From the NCBI GenBank assembly GCA_051439605.1, contig JBFRWN010000017.1:160001-224000 (forward strand): 64,000 nt of DNA, written 5' to 3'. The position numbers were made by a program, and so were the translations under genes. Every line of letters begins with the position of its first letter. The first letter of the stretch is position 1. A model generated the notes under the pieces. It made no database searches. It saw only the letters and a list, made by a program, of their open reading frames with translations, and was not told where the DNA came from. Below are positions 19,162 to 31,000 of this stretch, one piece after another. This DNA comes from Synechococcus sp. GTDB lineage: Bacteria; Cyanobacteriota; Cyanobacteriia; Thermostichales; PCC-7336.

Positions 19162-21123
19162 ATGAGTGCAACCGCCGAATCCAGCACCATCGAGTCCGTT
19201 CTGCAAGAAGTCCGCCGCTTTGAGCCCCCTGCTGACTTTGTGGCCAGTACAAGGGTGAATGCAGAGCAGCTCAAGCAGATGGTGGCAGCTGCGCAAGCTG
19301 ACCCTGAAAAATTCTGGGGGGATCTGGCCGCCTCCGAACTGGAGTGGTTCCAGCCCTGGGACAAAGTTCTGGACTGGCAATTGCCCTTTGCCAAGTGGTT
19401 TGTGGGGGGCAAGCTCAATTTGTCTTACAACTGCCTCGATCGCCATCTCTCCACCCACCGCCGCAACAAAGCCGCCATCATTTGGGAGGGGGAACCCGGC
19501 GACTCTCGCACCATCACCTACGCCCAACTTCACCGCGAAGTCTGCCAATTTGCCAACGCTCTGAAGTCACTGGGGGTTGCCAAAGGCGATCGCGTGGGCA
19601 TCTACATGCCCATGATTCCCGAAGCAGCGATCGCCATGTTGGCCTGTGCCCGCATTGGAGCCCCCCACTCGATTGTGTTTGGTGGATTCAGTGCAGAGGC
19701 ACTGCGCGATCGCCTCAACGACGCCGAAGCCAAGGTGGTCATCACAGCAGATGGAGGCTTCCGCAAAGACAAAATTGTTTCCCTCAAACCCAAAGTAGAC
19801 GCGGCGATTGCCGATGGCCAAGCCCCATCGGTCAAACATGTGCTGGTAGTGCAGCGAACCAAGCATGACGTTCATATGGAATCCGGGCGGGACGTGTGGT
19901 GGCACGAGCTACAACCCACCATGAGTGGTGATTGCCCCGCCGAACCCATGGATAGCGAAGACCTGCTGTTTATCCTCTACACCTCCGGCACCACCGGTAA
20001 GCCCAAAGGCGTTGTGCATACGACAGGTGGCTACAGCCTTTACACCCACATGACTACCCAATGGGTATTTGACCTCAAAGAAACCGATGTCTATTGGTGT
20101 ACAGCAGACGTGGGCTGGATCACCGGCCACAGTTACATCATCTACGGCCCTCTGTCTAATGGAGCCACAACAGTGATGTTTGAGGGGGCTCCCCGTCCCT
20201 CCAAGCCTGGTGCGCTCTGGGAAGTGGTTGAAAAGTACGGCGTCAATATCTTCTACACCGCTCCGACGGCAATCCGAGCCTTTATCAAAGCCGGGGAAGA
20301 CATTCCTAACCAATACGATCTGTCGTCTCTTCGCCTGCTGGGCACCGTGGGCGAGCCGATTAACCCCGATGTGTGGATGTGGTACCGCCGGGTGATTGGC
20401 GGCGATCGCTGTCCCATTGTCGATACCTGGTGGCAAACGGAAACGGGAGGCATCATCATCACCTCGCTGCCCGGAGCCGTCCCCTCCAAGCCCGGAGCTG
20501 CCGGGTTCCCCTTACCGGGAATTCAGGCGGATGTTGTCACCCTCGAGGGCAATCCCACTCCGACCGACCAGGGAGGATTTTTAATCATCAAGCAACCCTG
20601 GCCCGGAATGCTTCGCAATGTCTATGGCAATCCGGAGCGATTCCACAGAACCTATTTCGGAGAGGTCGAAGGAGCTTATTTTGCTGGGGATGGCGCTCGT
20701 AAAGATGCCGATGGCTATTTCTGGGTGATGGGGCGGGTAGACGATGTCATCAACGTCTCCGGACACCGGTTGGGGACAATGGAGATTGAATCTGCACTGG
20801 TGTCCCACCCAATGGTGGCAGAGGCAGCGGTGGTTGGCCGTCCCGACGACCTGAAAGGAGAAGCGATCGCGGCGTTTGTCACCCTTGAGGGCAACCAGCA
20901 GGGCTCGGATACAGCCATCGCCGACTTGAAACAACATGTGGCGAAAGAGATTGGGGCGATCGCCCGACCGGACGACATTCACTTTACCGATGCCTTGCCC
21001 AAAACGCGATCGGGCAAGATTATGCGCCGTCTACTCCGTAATTTGGCGGCTGGTGAGGAGATCGTCGGAGATACCTCTACTCTCGAAGATCGGACGGTGC
21101 TTGAAAGTTTGCGGCTCTCTTAG
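19162..21123 (+). CDS. acs: Acetyl-CoA synthetase
   Basis: [48 protein letters not shown] 19162. Confidence 0.95.
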   Translation: MSATAESSTIESVLQEVRRFEPPADFVASTRVNAEQLKQMVAAAQADPEKFWGDLAASELEWFQPWDKVLDWQLPFAKWFVGGKLNLSYNCLDRHLSTHRRNKAAIIWEGEPGDSRTITYAQLHREVCQFANALKSLGVAKGDRVGIYMPMIPEAAIAMLACARIGAPHSIVFGGFSAEALRDRLNDAEAKVVITADGGFRKDKIVSLKPKVDAAIADGQAPSVKHVLVVQRTKHDVHMESGRDVWWHELQPTMSGDCPAEPMDSEDLLFILYTSGTTGKPKGVVHTTGGYSLYTHMTTQWVFDLKETDVYWCTADVGWITGHSYIIYGPLSNGATTVMFEGAPRPSKPGALWEVVEKYGVNIFYTAPTAIRAFIKAGEDIPNQYDLSSLRLLGTVGEPINPDVWMWYRRVIGGDRCPIVDTWWQTETGGIIITSLPGAVPSKPGAAGFPLPGIQADVVTLEGNPTPTDQGGFLIIKQPWPGMLRNVYGNPERFHRTYFGEVEGAYFAGDGARKDADGYFWVMGRVDDVINVSGHRLGTMEIESALVSHPMVAEAAVVGRPDDLKGEAIAAFVTLEGNQQGSDTAIADLKQHVAKEIGAIARPDDIHFTDALPKTRSGKIMRRLLRNLAAGEEIVGDTSTLEDRTVLESLRLS

Positions 21124-21380
21124 GTATAAGTAACTAAACGTTAAGCTGTAGACAGCAAGCTAAGGTCACACTTTTTGCTTCGTGTTCATCCAGTTGGATG
21201 AGAACATGGCATATAAAGTGTCTGGGCATGACTCCTACAGCGAAATAATGCTATGAAAAGCAATGTTGCAACGGTAACCAACTCAAAGGCCCCCTTGAGT
21301 TAGTTTATTGAGCCAGCAGTGATAATTATTCGTTTTAACCACCCGTAACCACCAGTAATTGCCAGGAGAGCACCGAACAA

Positions 21381-22277
21381 ATGGCCGACCCCATCGTTGT
21401 AGATAAGAAGTCCCTTCAGGTAAACAAGTACCGTCCCAAGGCTCCGTTCGTAGCCAAGGCTCTGGAAAATTACCCCATTGTCAAAGACGGTGCGCCTGGT
21501 GATACTCGCCACATCGTGATCGACTTAGAAGGGAGCGGGATCGAATATGTAGAAGGCCAGAGTATTGGTGTTGTCCCCCCCGGCACCACTGAGGAGGGTA
21601 AGCCCCACAAGCTACGCCTCTACTCGATCGCATCCAGCCGCAACGGTGACGATGGCGATCGCAGGACAGTGTCTCTCAGCATCAAGCGCTTGGTCTACAA
21701 CCACCCCGAGACTGGCGAAGAAGTGAAGGGTGTCTGCTCAAACTTCCTTTGCGACCTCAACCCTGGCGATGAGGTGATGCTGACCGGTCCCGTTGGAAAA
21801 AGTTTCTTGCTGCCCAACGACCTAGAATCCACCATCATCCTGATTGCCACCGGCACCGGTATCGCCCCCTTCCGCGCATTCATCCGTCACCTGTTTGACG
21901 AGCGCAATGACTTCAAGGGCAAAGTTTGGCTGTTCTTCGGCGTTCCTACCACCTCCACCATCCTCTACAACGAGGACTTGGATGACTACGCCGCTCGCTT
22001 CCCCGAGCAGTTCAAGGTGGACTACGCCATCAGCCGCGAAGAGAAAACTGACGACGGTCAGAAGATGTACGTCCAAAACCGGATGGCTTACTACACCGAC
22101 GAGCTGTGGGAGCTGCTGAAAAAGGACAACACCTATACCTACATCTGTGGTCTCAAGGGTATGGAAGATGGCATCAACTCAATCATGGGCCCCAAAGCAG
22201 CAGCAGAAGGTCTAGATTGGGTTGAGTACCAGCGCAGTCTGAAAAAGTCCCACAACTGGCACGAAGAAACCTACTAA
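21381..22277 (+). CDS. petH: Ferredoxin-NADP+ reductase, short form without N-terminal CpcD domain
   Basis: GQSIG..PPG; RLYSIAS; GVCSNFLCDL; ATGTGIAPFR; YICGLKGM; C-terminal ETY. AGGAGA RBS; in-frame TAA at 21336. Confidence 0.95.
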   Translation: MADPIVVDKKSLQVNKYRPKAPFVAKALENYPIVKDGAPGDTRHIVIDLEGSGIEYVEGQSIGVVPPGTTEEGKPHKLRLYSIASSRNGDDGDRRTVSLSIKRLVYNHPETGEEVKGVCSNFLCDLNPGDEVMLTGPVGKSFLLPNDLESTIILIATGTGIAPFRAFIRHLFDERNDFKGKVWLFFGVPTTSTILYNEDLDDYAARFPEQFKVDYAISREEKTDDGQKMYVQNRMAYYTDELWELLKKDNTYTYICGLKGMEDGINSIMGPKAAAEGLDWVEYQRSLKKSHNWHEETY

Positions 22278-22315
22278 ACCGAATCGATTCTTCCCAGGTT
22301 TTAGATTCGAAGTTC

Positions 22316-22339
22316 GCCCCCTTTTTGAGGGGGCTTTTT
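22316..22339 (+). terminator. Intrinsic terminator after petH
   Basis: GCCCCCT-ttttg-AGGGGGC followed by T5. Confidence 0.85.
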
Positions 22340-22614
22340 CTTTACTGGCTAAGTGACTCAACACAAATCAACTCTTCGAACGTGGAGAATAGTCTCTCGA
22401 TCCAATGTCACCAGTAAAAGATCGACGTCGTTGGTGAGTCGGGCAAACCAAGAGCAATAGCTAAACAGAGAAGGGCGTTGTCCTAATGATGGGGTATCCG
22501 CGGTGGGAATAGCATCATGTCTGGCGAGAAGGACACAGAGCAGCTTCAGAAGGGCAAAAAGAGAGTTCTGACAACCAATGCCATAACTTTCTTTATAGTA
22601 AAATTTGAGATTTA

Positions 22615-22687
22615 TGGAGCTTAGCGGACTCGAACCGCTGACCCCTTCAATGCCATTGAAGTGCTCTACCAGCTGAGCTAAAGCCCC
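22615..22687 (-). tRNA. tRNA-Ala (GGC)
   Basis: GGGGCTTTAGCTCAGCTGGTAGAGCACTTCAATGGCATTGAAGGGGTCAGCGGTTCGAGTCCGCTAAGCTCCA. Cloverleaf with G3:U70 and anticodon GGC; CCA not encoded. Confidence 0.97.
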
Positions 22688-22793
22688 ATGTCTTACGGAC
22701 TTATAGAATGCAGGATGGTCTGTCTAATGTCAATAGATATTGAAAATGTCTTGAGGCTAGGGAAAGTCGTCTTGCGCTTGACTCCTCCTAATC

Positions 22794-22825
22794 GGAGCAG
22801 AGAGGTCGCCTAAACCCTCTGCTCC
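22794..22825 (-). terminator. Hairpin immediately downstream of apcD
   Basis: GGAGCAGAG...CTCTGCTCC inverted repeat. Confidence 0.6.
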
Positions 22826-22836
22826 AGCAGCTAAGG

Positions 22837-23325
22837 TTATGCATCCATAGCGCTGATAATGTAGTCAAAGAAGGGGGCAGCCTCAGCAGCATCCTCAGTA
22901 TTCAGTAGATCGAGAGACACTTCCTTCATCAACTTCATGGCATCTACCATGCCGGGAATCGGTACGTTGAGAGCGTTGTACATCTCTCGTACTCCAACCA
23001 AACCAATCGACTCGATAGGCCCCTTGTCACCAGCAATAATGCCGTAGGTGATCAAGCGCAGGTACCAGTCATAATCTCGCAAGCACTGGTTATATCGCTT
23101 GGGGCTGGATGCGTTTCCCCCCTGCTGGCGATATTCGGGACGCTTGGCAAACAGCAAGCGCTGAGCATCATCAATAATCTTTTTGCGGTTTTCACTCAAG
23201 ATTTCCGCAATTCTCAGGCGGCGAGCACCAGTGCCCATATATTGCTTTACTGCATCCAGTTCGCTAGATGTGGGGTAGCGCAGTTCGTCATCAGCGATTT
23301 CGATAATGTCATTAATTACGCTCAC
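22837..23325 (-). CDS. apcD: Allophycocyanin-B alpha subunit
   Basis: ADDELRYP; GGNA; CLRDYDWYLRLITYG (chromophore Cys); GL.GVREMYN.L.VP.PGM. Confidence 0.9.
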   Translation of the reverse strand: MSVINDIIEIADDELRYPTSSELDAVKQYMGTGARRLRIAEILSENRKKIIDDAQRLLFAKRPEYRQQGGNASSPKRYNQCLRDYDWYLRLITYGIIAGDKGPIESIGLVGVREMYNALNVPIPGMVDAMKLMKEVSLDLLNTEDAAEAAPFFDYIISAMDA

Positions 23326-23740
23326 AATAGGGAGTCTCCGGGTGCTAACGAAATTTAATTAAATAGGGTTGCCACATTTTGTAATCGAACTTGCTGCAGA
23401 AACGCAACTGTCCTTATAGACCCAACGTATTTTTCAGGATTGCAATAATCCGAAAAAGCGGAGCGCCCCCTAACAAGAGTTATCAAGTTCGGTAATGTAA
23501 CAGCCAAATTTATTTTACTAAACCCAGCTCCACTCCCAGCAGAATTCATGCATCTCAAGATTTTGCCGATAGTAGGAGCAATCAAGATCCCATCACGAAG
23601 AGTCTCAAAGCCTTACCATCCCCTGCAAAACTTAGGGTTCCAGCAGCTTGAGTCGTTATATTGTCGAATTCAGAGCGTTCACAATGTCCCCTCGAAATGT
23701 AGCCTCCAACTAGAGATAAATTGTGAAGAAACGCAAAGAA

Positions 23741-23777
23741 TCTGGAAATCTCCCTCCCAAAGAGGGGAGATTCCAGA
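23741..23777 (-). terminator. Hairpin downstream of the pilT paralogue
   Basis: TCTGGAAATCTCCC...GGGAGATTCCAGA. Confidence 0.55.
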
Positions 23778-23790
23778 CCTGCTGCAACTG

Positions 23791-25245
23791 CTAGATGCGG
23801 CCTCTTAACATTTGACTCATTTCATTGGGGCGGGGAGATGCCTCCAAGGCCACCTCTGAGGTGATGCGCGACTCTTCATAGAGGTTGTAGAGCGACTGAT
23901 TCATTGTGACCATACCGTCATAGGTCGATTGCGGAATCAGAGCCTCGATATCGTCGATTGCCCCCCGCTTGATGTAGTCCTTAACCGCATCGGTGTTGAC
24001 CAAAATTTCGTGGGCAGCAGCCCGCTTGCCATCTGTGGTCTTGACTAGGGTTTGGGCGATCGTCGCCACCATAGTTTCCGCAATTTGTATGCGCATGGGC
24101 TCCTGTTCGTCAGGATTGTAAATGTTTAGCAAACGTTCGATGGTCTTCACCGCACTATTCGTGTGTAAGGTCCCAAAAACCAGGTGACCGGTTTGTCCCG
24201 CCTTTAGTGCGGTATCGACGGTTTCGCGATCGCGCATCTCTCCAATCAAGATGATGTCGGGATCCTCCCGCAGTGACGCCTTAAGGGCGTTGGCAAACTC
24301 TAGGGTATGAATGCCCACCTCCCGCTGGCGGATCATGCTCTTGCGGCTGGTGTGGACAAATTCAATCGGATCCTCAATTGAAATCAGGTGTTTGGCCATG
24401 TTGCGATTAATAAAGTCCACCATTGCCGCCAATGTAGTGGATTTTCCCGAGCCTGTAGGTCCTGTCACCAAGACCAACCCCTTATGTTGTTTAGAAATGT
24501 CCCGCAACACGTCAGGCAAGTTCAGCTGTTCCATCGTCAATATGGTGAGGGGAATCAGGCGCAACACCATGGCAGGTCCCAACAAGGACACAAATACGTT
24601 GACGCGACAGCGCACTAAACCTTCGTACTGAATCGCTGTGTCCAGTTCCATCCTGTGCCGAAATTCTTCCACCTGCGACTCCGGCAGAGATTCCCGCATC
24701 CAGCTGTAAAACACCTCTTCGGTGGTGGTGGGATGGCCACTGAGAACCATTTCTCCGCGCCCTCTAAACCGGGGAACTTCCCCCACCCCCAAATGGATAT
24801 CAGAGTAGTTATTTTCGAACGCCTCCTTCACCAACTGCTCTAAGGTTATGTGATTGGATTTAGGGCGGGCAGCTATTCTTGTCGTTGGATCGGTAGAGCG
24901 GCGAGGAGGCCCTTGTGGAGGAGCCACAGGAGTAACGGGGGGCGGAGCAGGCACTTTAGCAGCAGCCAACGATACCGGTGGAGGAGGTACGGGTAGGGCA
25001 GATGCAGTGGAGGAATTGTCAAACAAATCCGCAGGCAGTGGCGTTTGAGGAGGAGCCGGTGAAGCGGAAGGAACCGCAGGTTTCTCTGCCCGGGAGGGAG
25101 GGGCCTCTGCCACCGTTCGACTTAAGGGATCCAAAGCCGTGCTCTCTGAGAAACCTCCAGGATTACTCCCAGTTTGGGAACTTCCTGCAAGAGACAAAGG
25201 GGGAATATCCGCCATCGTGGGGGGCAGTTCATTTGCTTCGCTCAT
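23791..25245 (-). CDS. pilT: Type IV pilus retraction ATPase PilT (PilT2-like, Pro-rich N-terminus)
   Basis: SDIHL; GPTGSGKST; IEDPIEF; LREDPD.ILIGEMRD; TGHLVFGTLHT; ~130-aa Pro-rich leader. Confidence 0.9.
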   Translation of the reverse strand: MSEANELPPTMADIPPLSLAGSSQTGSNPGGFSESTALDPLSRTVAEAPPSRAEKPAVPSASPAPPQTPLPADLFDNSSTASALPVPPPPVSLAAAKVPAPPPVTPVAPPQGPPRRSTDPTTRIAARPKSNHITLEQLVKEAFENNYSDIHLGVGEVPRFRGRGEMVLSGHPTTTEEVFYSWMRESLPESQVEEFRHRMELDTAIQYEGLVRCRVNVFVSLLGPAMVLRLIPLTILTMEQLNLPDVLRDISKQHKGLVLVTGPTGSGKSTTLAAMVDFINRNMAKHLISIEDPIEFVHTSRKSMIRQREVGIHTLEFANALKASLREDPDIILIGEMRDRETVDTALKAGQTGHLVFGTLHTNSAVKTIERLLNIYNPDEQEPMRIQIAETMVATIAQTLVKTTDGKRAAAHEILVNTDAVKDYIKRGAIDDIEALIPQSTYDGMVTMNQSLYNLYEESRITSEVALEASPRPNEMSQMLRGRI

Positions 25246-25573
25246 GGAACCTCCTAATTAGCTTCTGCCCGAGCGGAGAGCACAGACCGGACATAGGGTG
25301 GACATGCATATGGCTTTGGACATTTCATTTCGTATCGGCGCTATATCCCTCCGGGATATTGACTCGTGAACGGCTTGACCACCGCAATCGCAATAGCTAG
25401 CCCAAAGACAGAGATAGCTTACCCACTCTCTGTAGCAAGGATTCGGAGGGATCGGAGAATCACGGAGAGTTAGGCTATGGATTAATCAATAGTCGTAACC
25501 CCCAGGGGCAATAGCATCTAACGACTTCAAATGACTGGCACCTTAGAGTCTTGATGGAACGTGCAACTTACAA

Positions 25574-26761
25574 TTACAACACTTCCAAGATTTTGCAGAT
25601 TTTAGTGGCAATTCTGCAGGCAGCTCCTGGATGACCCATGCGCTCGCGGGCATTAGCCCAGAGATCTCTTGGGGAATCGAGTTCTTGTTGGATAAAAGAA
25701 GCTGCACTCGCCGGATCGGGCGCAAGGCGAAGACTGATCCCTAAAAGGCGCTGTTGTGTTTCAGCAAAGGTAGAGGTAAATTGCGGTCCCTCTCCTGGTA
25801 AGGTCACCACTGCTTTACCCAATCCCACGCATTGCTCGTTAGCGGTACCGGCCATTCCTAAGACAACATCTGCCCTGCGGGCACAGCTTGCAAACTGTCC
25901 AGAAATCAATAGAGCGGGGGGAACATCCTCAGACCATAAGCTACGCAGTTTTTCCACATCGAGGCTGGGAGCGATCGCCCCGTAGCAGGTGAAATGCTTT
26001 GGCAACCTGCGTACCACGTCCCCCATTAAAGCCCAGTTACGATAGGCTTCCGGAGGTCGGGAACCGGGTAGAAGCAGCACTGCAGGGCGATCTGCAGGTA
26101 TCTCCTGCAGATCCGGGCCACTTTCCAGGTTATCCATCATGGGATTGCCCAAATCAAACACTGGCAATCCATACTCTTTGAGACTGAGAGCAGTCAAAGA
26201 ATCGCGGGGAAATACTGCACGGCAACGGGGAGGTTTCATCATCCACCGCTCCCAAGGAGCGTGAACTGACAGGTGAGGTTGTGCACGCAGGGCTAGCCAC
26301 AGACGATGCCACCGGCGGTATGGGCCTTCCCGATCGGCAATGAAGTAATCGGATTTTGCCGTCCCCACAAACACAAAGGGCGTGCAGCTCCAACGTGCCA
26401 ACAACTGCACCACGATATCCCCCACCGCGAGGACAAGATCGACAGGGCGCTCGGGATGGCGGACCGCGCACATCTGGCGCATAGTTAGTCCTCCGAGCCC
26501 CCCCTTAAGGTCTCCCAATAACTGTTTCCAATCCATGTACACAAATCCCCCGGAAGGCATCGTGTCTTGGACGGGACCAATGATTTCAATATTGTGTTTC
26601 TGGTATGCTTGCCCCCTACCCACAATTGGTAGAGCAATAATATCAATCCTCAATTTTTGCAATTCGATCGCTAATTGAGAAGCGATATAGTCTTCACCGT
26701 GACCGTTGCTCAAACACAGGACTCTATATTTGCGGTAGGGGGCGTAGCTGTGAGTTGGCAA
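25574..26761 (-). CDS. Lipid-A-disaccharide synthase-related protein (cyanobacterial family)
   Basis: LSNGHGED; LP.VG.G.AY; MPSGGF; VGTAKSD; GNPMMD; LLPGSR.PEA; MAGTANEQ.VGLGK. Confidence 0.85.
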   Translation of the reverse strand: MPTHSYAPYRKYRVLCLSNGHGEDYIASQLAIELQKLRIDIIALPIVGRGQAYQKHNIEIIGPVQDTMPSGGFVYMDWKQLLGDLKGGLGGLTMRQMCAVRHPERPVDLVLAVGDIVVQLLARWSCTPFVFVGTAKSDYFIADREGPYRRWHRLWLALRAQPHLSVHAPWERWMMKPPRCRAVFPRDSLTALSLKEYGLPVFDLGNPMMDNLESGPDLQEIPADRPAVLLLPGSRPPEAYRNWALMGDVVRRLPKHFTCYGAIAPSLDVEKLRSLWSEDVPPALLISGQFASCARRADVVLGMAGTANEQCVGLGKAVVTLPGEGPQFTSTFAETQQRLLGISLRLAPDPASAASFIQQELDSPRDLWANARERMGHPGAACRIATKICKILEVL

Positions 26762-27318
26762 GGGACGAGGAAAGGAACGGCTTCCTTAATCAATCAACTA
26801 TTCCAGGGGAGCGTCAAGCCAAGAACAAGGAATACTCACAGTCCTGTATTTCTGCCGCCCAATAAACGTTACGGTCTTGCAAATAGGGGCACATGACAAG
26901 TTTCGACAATCGAGCCGACCATCTTGGAAGTAAGGAATAAAAGAGTCTGTACATCAACAAAATTGAGTTCTAGCCTATTAGGACAAGTCTCTGGTCACAA
27001 TCGATATCAGCAACTACACAAGCGTGAACCTAAGCGACAGAAACAACATTGCATAACTAAAATTCATTAAACTTGAACACTTGAAACTCAAACTGCGAGC
27101 ATCATTCACAATCTCAGAATGTTCGAAGGAAAACCAGAAAAACATTACAAAGGTACAAGGTTGTGCAAAGTTCGCCGAAATCTCGAAGTAATGGGATACA
27201 AACTAAACGTGAGACAATCTACCGAGCTGCAAGCGGGCTGCTATTCTCACTATTGGGGCAACATGATCTTGCGTAGGTGGTGAGGCAATCTGCTTCCCCC
27301 TAATCGTCCAGGAGCAAT

Positions 27319-28089
27319 ATGGTACTAACCTCTGAAAGCACAGTGGCATTTTCCTTCACAGTAGGATCGCGGACTGTATCCGCAAACGAGCTGCCTCATC
27401 TGCTAGAGCGCTATGATTTGATGCCTCAGTTGGTGAGGGAGTTAGTGGTCGATGAGACGATCGCTAGCATCCGGCTCTCTTCAGCCACCTTGGACGAAGC
27501 CATACAGCAATTTAGGCAGCGCAACCAGTTGGCTACCGACGAGCAATTGCAGGCATGGCTCTCACAAAATCAGATGACGCTCGCTGACCTTCAGGCACGG
27601 CTAGAGAGGACCCTCAAGATAGAGCAGTACAAGACCGATCGATGGGACTCGCAACTTGAAAATATCTTTCTAAAGCAAAAGACACAGTTTGATAAAGCTG
27701 TCTACTCTTTAATTCGCACCTCCGATCCCTATGCCGCGCAAGAGTTTTTTTTCCGGCTACAAGAAGGAGAACAGTCATTCTCAGAGATTGCCAGCCAGTT
27801 CAGCCAGGGACCAGAAGCTAAAACTGGCGGAATGGTGGGACCAGTGCCTCTAGGCAATATTCATCCCGCATTGATTCAAATCCTGTCATCCAGCCAACCA
27901 GGACAACTGCACCCTCCTATGCGCTTGGACAAATGGAATGTTATCGTTCGTCTCGAGCAGATGCTCCCCGCTCAACTCGACGATGCTATGCGTCAAACGT
28001 TGCTTAAGCAGCTGTACGAGAATTGGCTAAACGAACGGGTAGCTGAAGTCCTCGAGCAAAATAGCGACCCTGCCATGACTGAAGTGTAA
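27319..28089 (+). CDS. PpiC/parvulin-type peptidylprolyl isomerase associated with T1SS
   Basis: YSLIR; AQE.FFR..EGEQSF; SQGPEA.TGG..GPV; HP.L...L; directly upstream of hlyB. Confidence 0.85.
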   Translation: MVLTSESTVAFSFTVGSRTVSANELPHLLERYDLMPQLVRELVVDETIASIRLSSATLDEAIQQFRQRNQLATDEQLQAWLSQNQMTLADLQARLERTLKIEQYKTDRWDSQLENIFLKQKTQFDKAVYSLIRTSDPYAAQEFFFRLQEGEQSFSEIASQFSQGPEAKTGGMVGPVPLGNIHPALIQILSSSQPGQLHPPMRLDKWNVIVRLEQMLPAQLDDAMRQTLLKQLYENWLNERVAEVLEQNSDPAMTEV

Positions 28090-28096
28090 CTGCAAC

Positions 28097-31000
28097 ATGA
28101 CCTCTACATCTTCCCCATCTTCTTCAACTGAAGCTTGGTTGAGCAAGCAATCCCCCTTCGATCTCCTCCCTCCCCGAGCGATTTCTCAGCTAGTTAAGCA
28201 GGTCAAATGGGTACGCTACCGCATGGGTCAGCCCATGGTTGCCCGAGATCGTCTGCCTGGCCAGCTATACGTTCTCTCAGAAGGGCAAGCTCGTTCTATT
28301 GGTCACGACTCTAGCACCAATCGGGCGATTTCCCTTTCCTCCAAAGAACCTGGGGAACTTCTGGGCTGGTTGAGTTTGGTACGCGATCGCCCCTGCGAAG
28401 CTGTCATTGCCTCTGTGGAAGCCACGGCAGCAGTCCTACCTGCTACCGCTTTTCTAGATCTATTAGAAAGCTATCCAGTGCTGGAAGAGTGGGTGCAGAA
28501 ACCTCAACTGCTAGAGGTATTTGACCTCTTGGGCCTCTACCTCCAGGATCGGGCCGATCGGTCCGCGATCTTCGAACGTCAACAGGTCAATGACCTACAG
28601 GGATTAGCCGTCAAGCTATTTCCCAAAGTCACCCTCCAGACTGTGAAAAAGCCTGAGGATGCGAACAGACTGGACGAAGACACCTTGTGGCTTCTCAGTA
28701 ACGGTCCTGATGCAGGCAGCGAAGTTGAATCCGTGGCGGATGCAAAGCGGTTGCTCTCTAACTCGGGAGGCAGTCTGAGACTGGTTGGTTTGCCAGTAAC
28801 AGCATTGTTGAGCTCCAGCTCGGTGGCCCATGCCCTTTCAACTGCAGCTAAAACCACTCTGGCAAAGGCAAGCGGTTCAAGTTCCGCTTCCTCCATCACA
28901 TTACATTCCGAAATCCCCTACGCAGAAGGCGCCCTTACAGCGCTTCCGGAAAGCCGTCGCCAGAGGCGAGATCGTCAACCCCAACAAAAATTTCCCTTTG
29001 TTAAGGGGCGCGGTCCAATTGATGCCCCCATGGCCTGTTTCCAAATGCTGAGCCAGTTTTTCAACGTCCCCTTCCGGCGGGATGTAGTGAAGCGAGTGCT
29101 TCTGAATCAGCAGGAACGGATGGGTAGCATATCGCTTCAGGCTTGTGGGGCGATCGCGGAAATGATGGGCTTAAATGCCCAACTCTATGGGGCTCCATCC
29201 GCAGCTATTGGCCAAATTCAAACCCCATCAATGGTGCAGTGGAACGATCGCCTAGTGGTGATCTTTAGCGCCAGCGCTCAAGAACTCACCATCGCCATCC
29301 CAGAAGAAGGCATTCGTCGCATTTCCATTGATGATTTCGTCCAAGCGGCTGACGACAACATTGAAGTCGTCTCCTTACAAAAAACCCAGTACACCCCCGA
29401 GCAACGCTTCAGCCTGAAGTGGTTTTGGCCCTCGATTGTTAAATATCGCAAGGTCCTGATCGAGGTCCTGATCGCCTCGATTTTCGTGCAAATGTTTGCC
29501 CTGGCTAATCCTTTGATGGTGCAAATCATCATTGACAAAGTCATCTCGCAAGGGAGCGTGGATACTCTGAATGTTTTGGGGGGATTGCTAATCGGGGTGG
29601 CCCTCTTCGAAGGGGTTCTAACAGCGATTCGTACCAACTTGTTTGCAGACACCACAAACAGGATAGATGTAGCGTTAGGGTCGCAGGTTATTAACCACCT
29701 GCTGCACTTGCCCATGCGTTATTTCGGTCGCCGTCCGGTGGGGGAACTGGCTAGCCGGGTGAACGAGCTAGAAAATATTCGCCAATTCTTGACCGGTACT
29801 GCCCTTACAGTCGTACTCGATGCGATTTTCTCGGTGGTCTACATTGCAGTCATGATGGTTTACAGCCCGCTACTCACGGTTGTTGCTCTATCGACTGTAC
29901 CTTTATTTGCTCTCCTGACCTTGACAGTCGCCCCTGTTTTGAGGCAGCAGGTGCGGGAGAAGGCCGAACGCAATGCTGAAACCCAGGCGTATCTGGTTGA
30001 GGCAGTTTCGGGGATTGAAACGGTCAAGGCGCAGAATATCGAACTGTCCACCCGTTGGCAATGGCAGCAAAAGTATGCACGCTACGTCAGCGCGGGTTTC
30101 AAAACTGTCATCACTTCCAGTACAGCTGGATCCCTGAGTAGCTTCCTGAATAAGTTATCCGGGCTCCTATTGCTTTGGGTCGGTTGTTACCTGGTATTGC
30201 AAGGGGAACTAACGTTAGGTCAGATTATTGCCTTCCGCATCATTGCGGGTTACGTAACCCAGCCGTTGCTGCGATTGATCCAGCTGTGGCAAAACTTCCA
30301 AGAAACTGCTCTCTCGCTGGAACGCTTGAGCGATATTCTCGATCACCCCCAAGAGGTGGAAGGGGACGATCGCAACAATATCCCGATGCCTACGATTAAG
30401 GGGGCTGTCAACTATGAAAACGTCAGCTTCCGGTTTAAAGACAATGGGCCACTTCAGCTTAAGTCGGTCAATCTGAGCTTCAGCCCCGGCCAGTTCGTCG
30501 GTATTGTCGGCCAAAGCGGTTCGGGTAAGAGTACGTTAATGAAACTCCTCATGCGGTTGTACGACCCTGCGGAGGGCAGAATCACGGTCGATCGCTACGA
30601 TGTTCGCAAAGTCGATTTATACTCTCTGCGTCGACAGATTGGCATGGTACTGCAGGATTCTCTGCTATTCGACGGCACAGTGCAGGAAAATATCGCCCTG
30701 ACCAACCCTGATGCCTCGGTTGAGGAAATCGTTAATGCGGCAAAAATTGCCTTTGCCCACGAATTCATCATGGACCTGCCCAACGGGTACAACACCCGAG
30801 TGGGCGAGCGCGGTTCAGGGCTATCGGGAGGTCAACGTCAGCGCATTGCGATCGCGCGAGTGGTTTTGCAAAATCCGAACCTGTTAATTCTGGACGAAGC
30901 AACCAGTGCTCTCGATTACAACTCCGAACGACAGGTCTGCACAAATCTAGCCACCGCCTTCTCCCATCGCACGGTCTTCTTTATCACCCACCGCCTCAGC

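Noticed and set aside
22340..22614. Integrative element at the 3' end of tRNA-Ala
   Set aside because: Only ~340 bp separate the tRNA from petH; no integrase or duplicated tRNA 3' end was seen.
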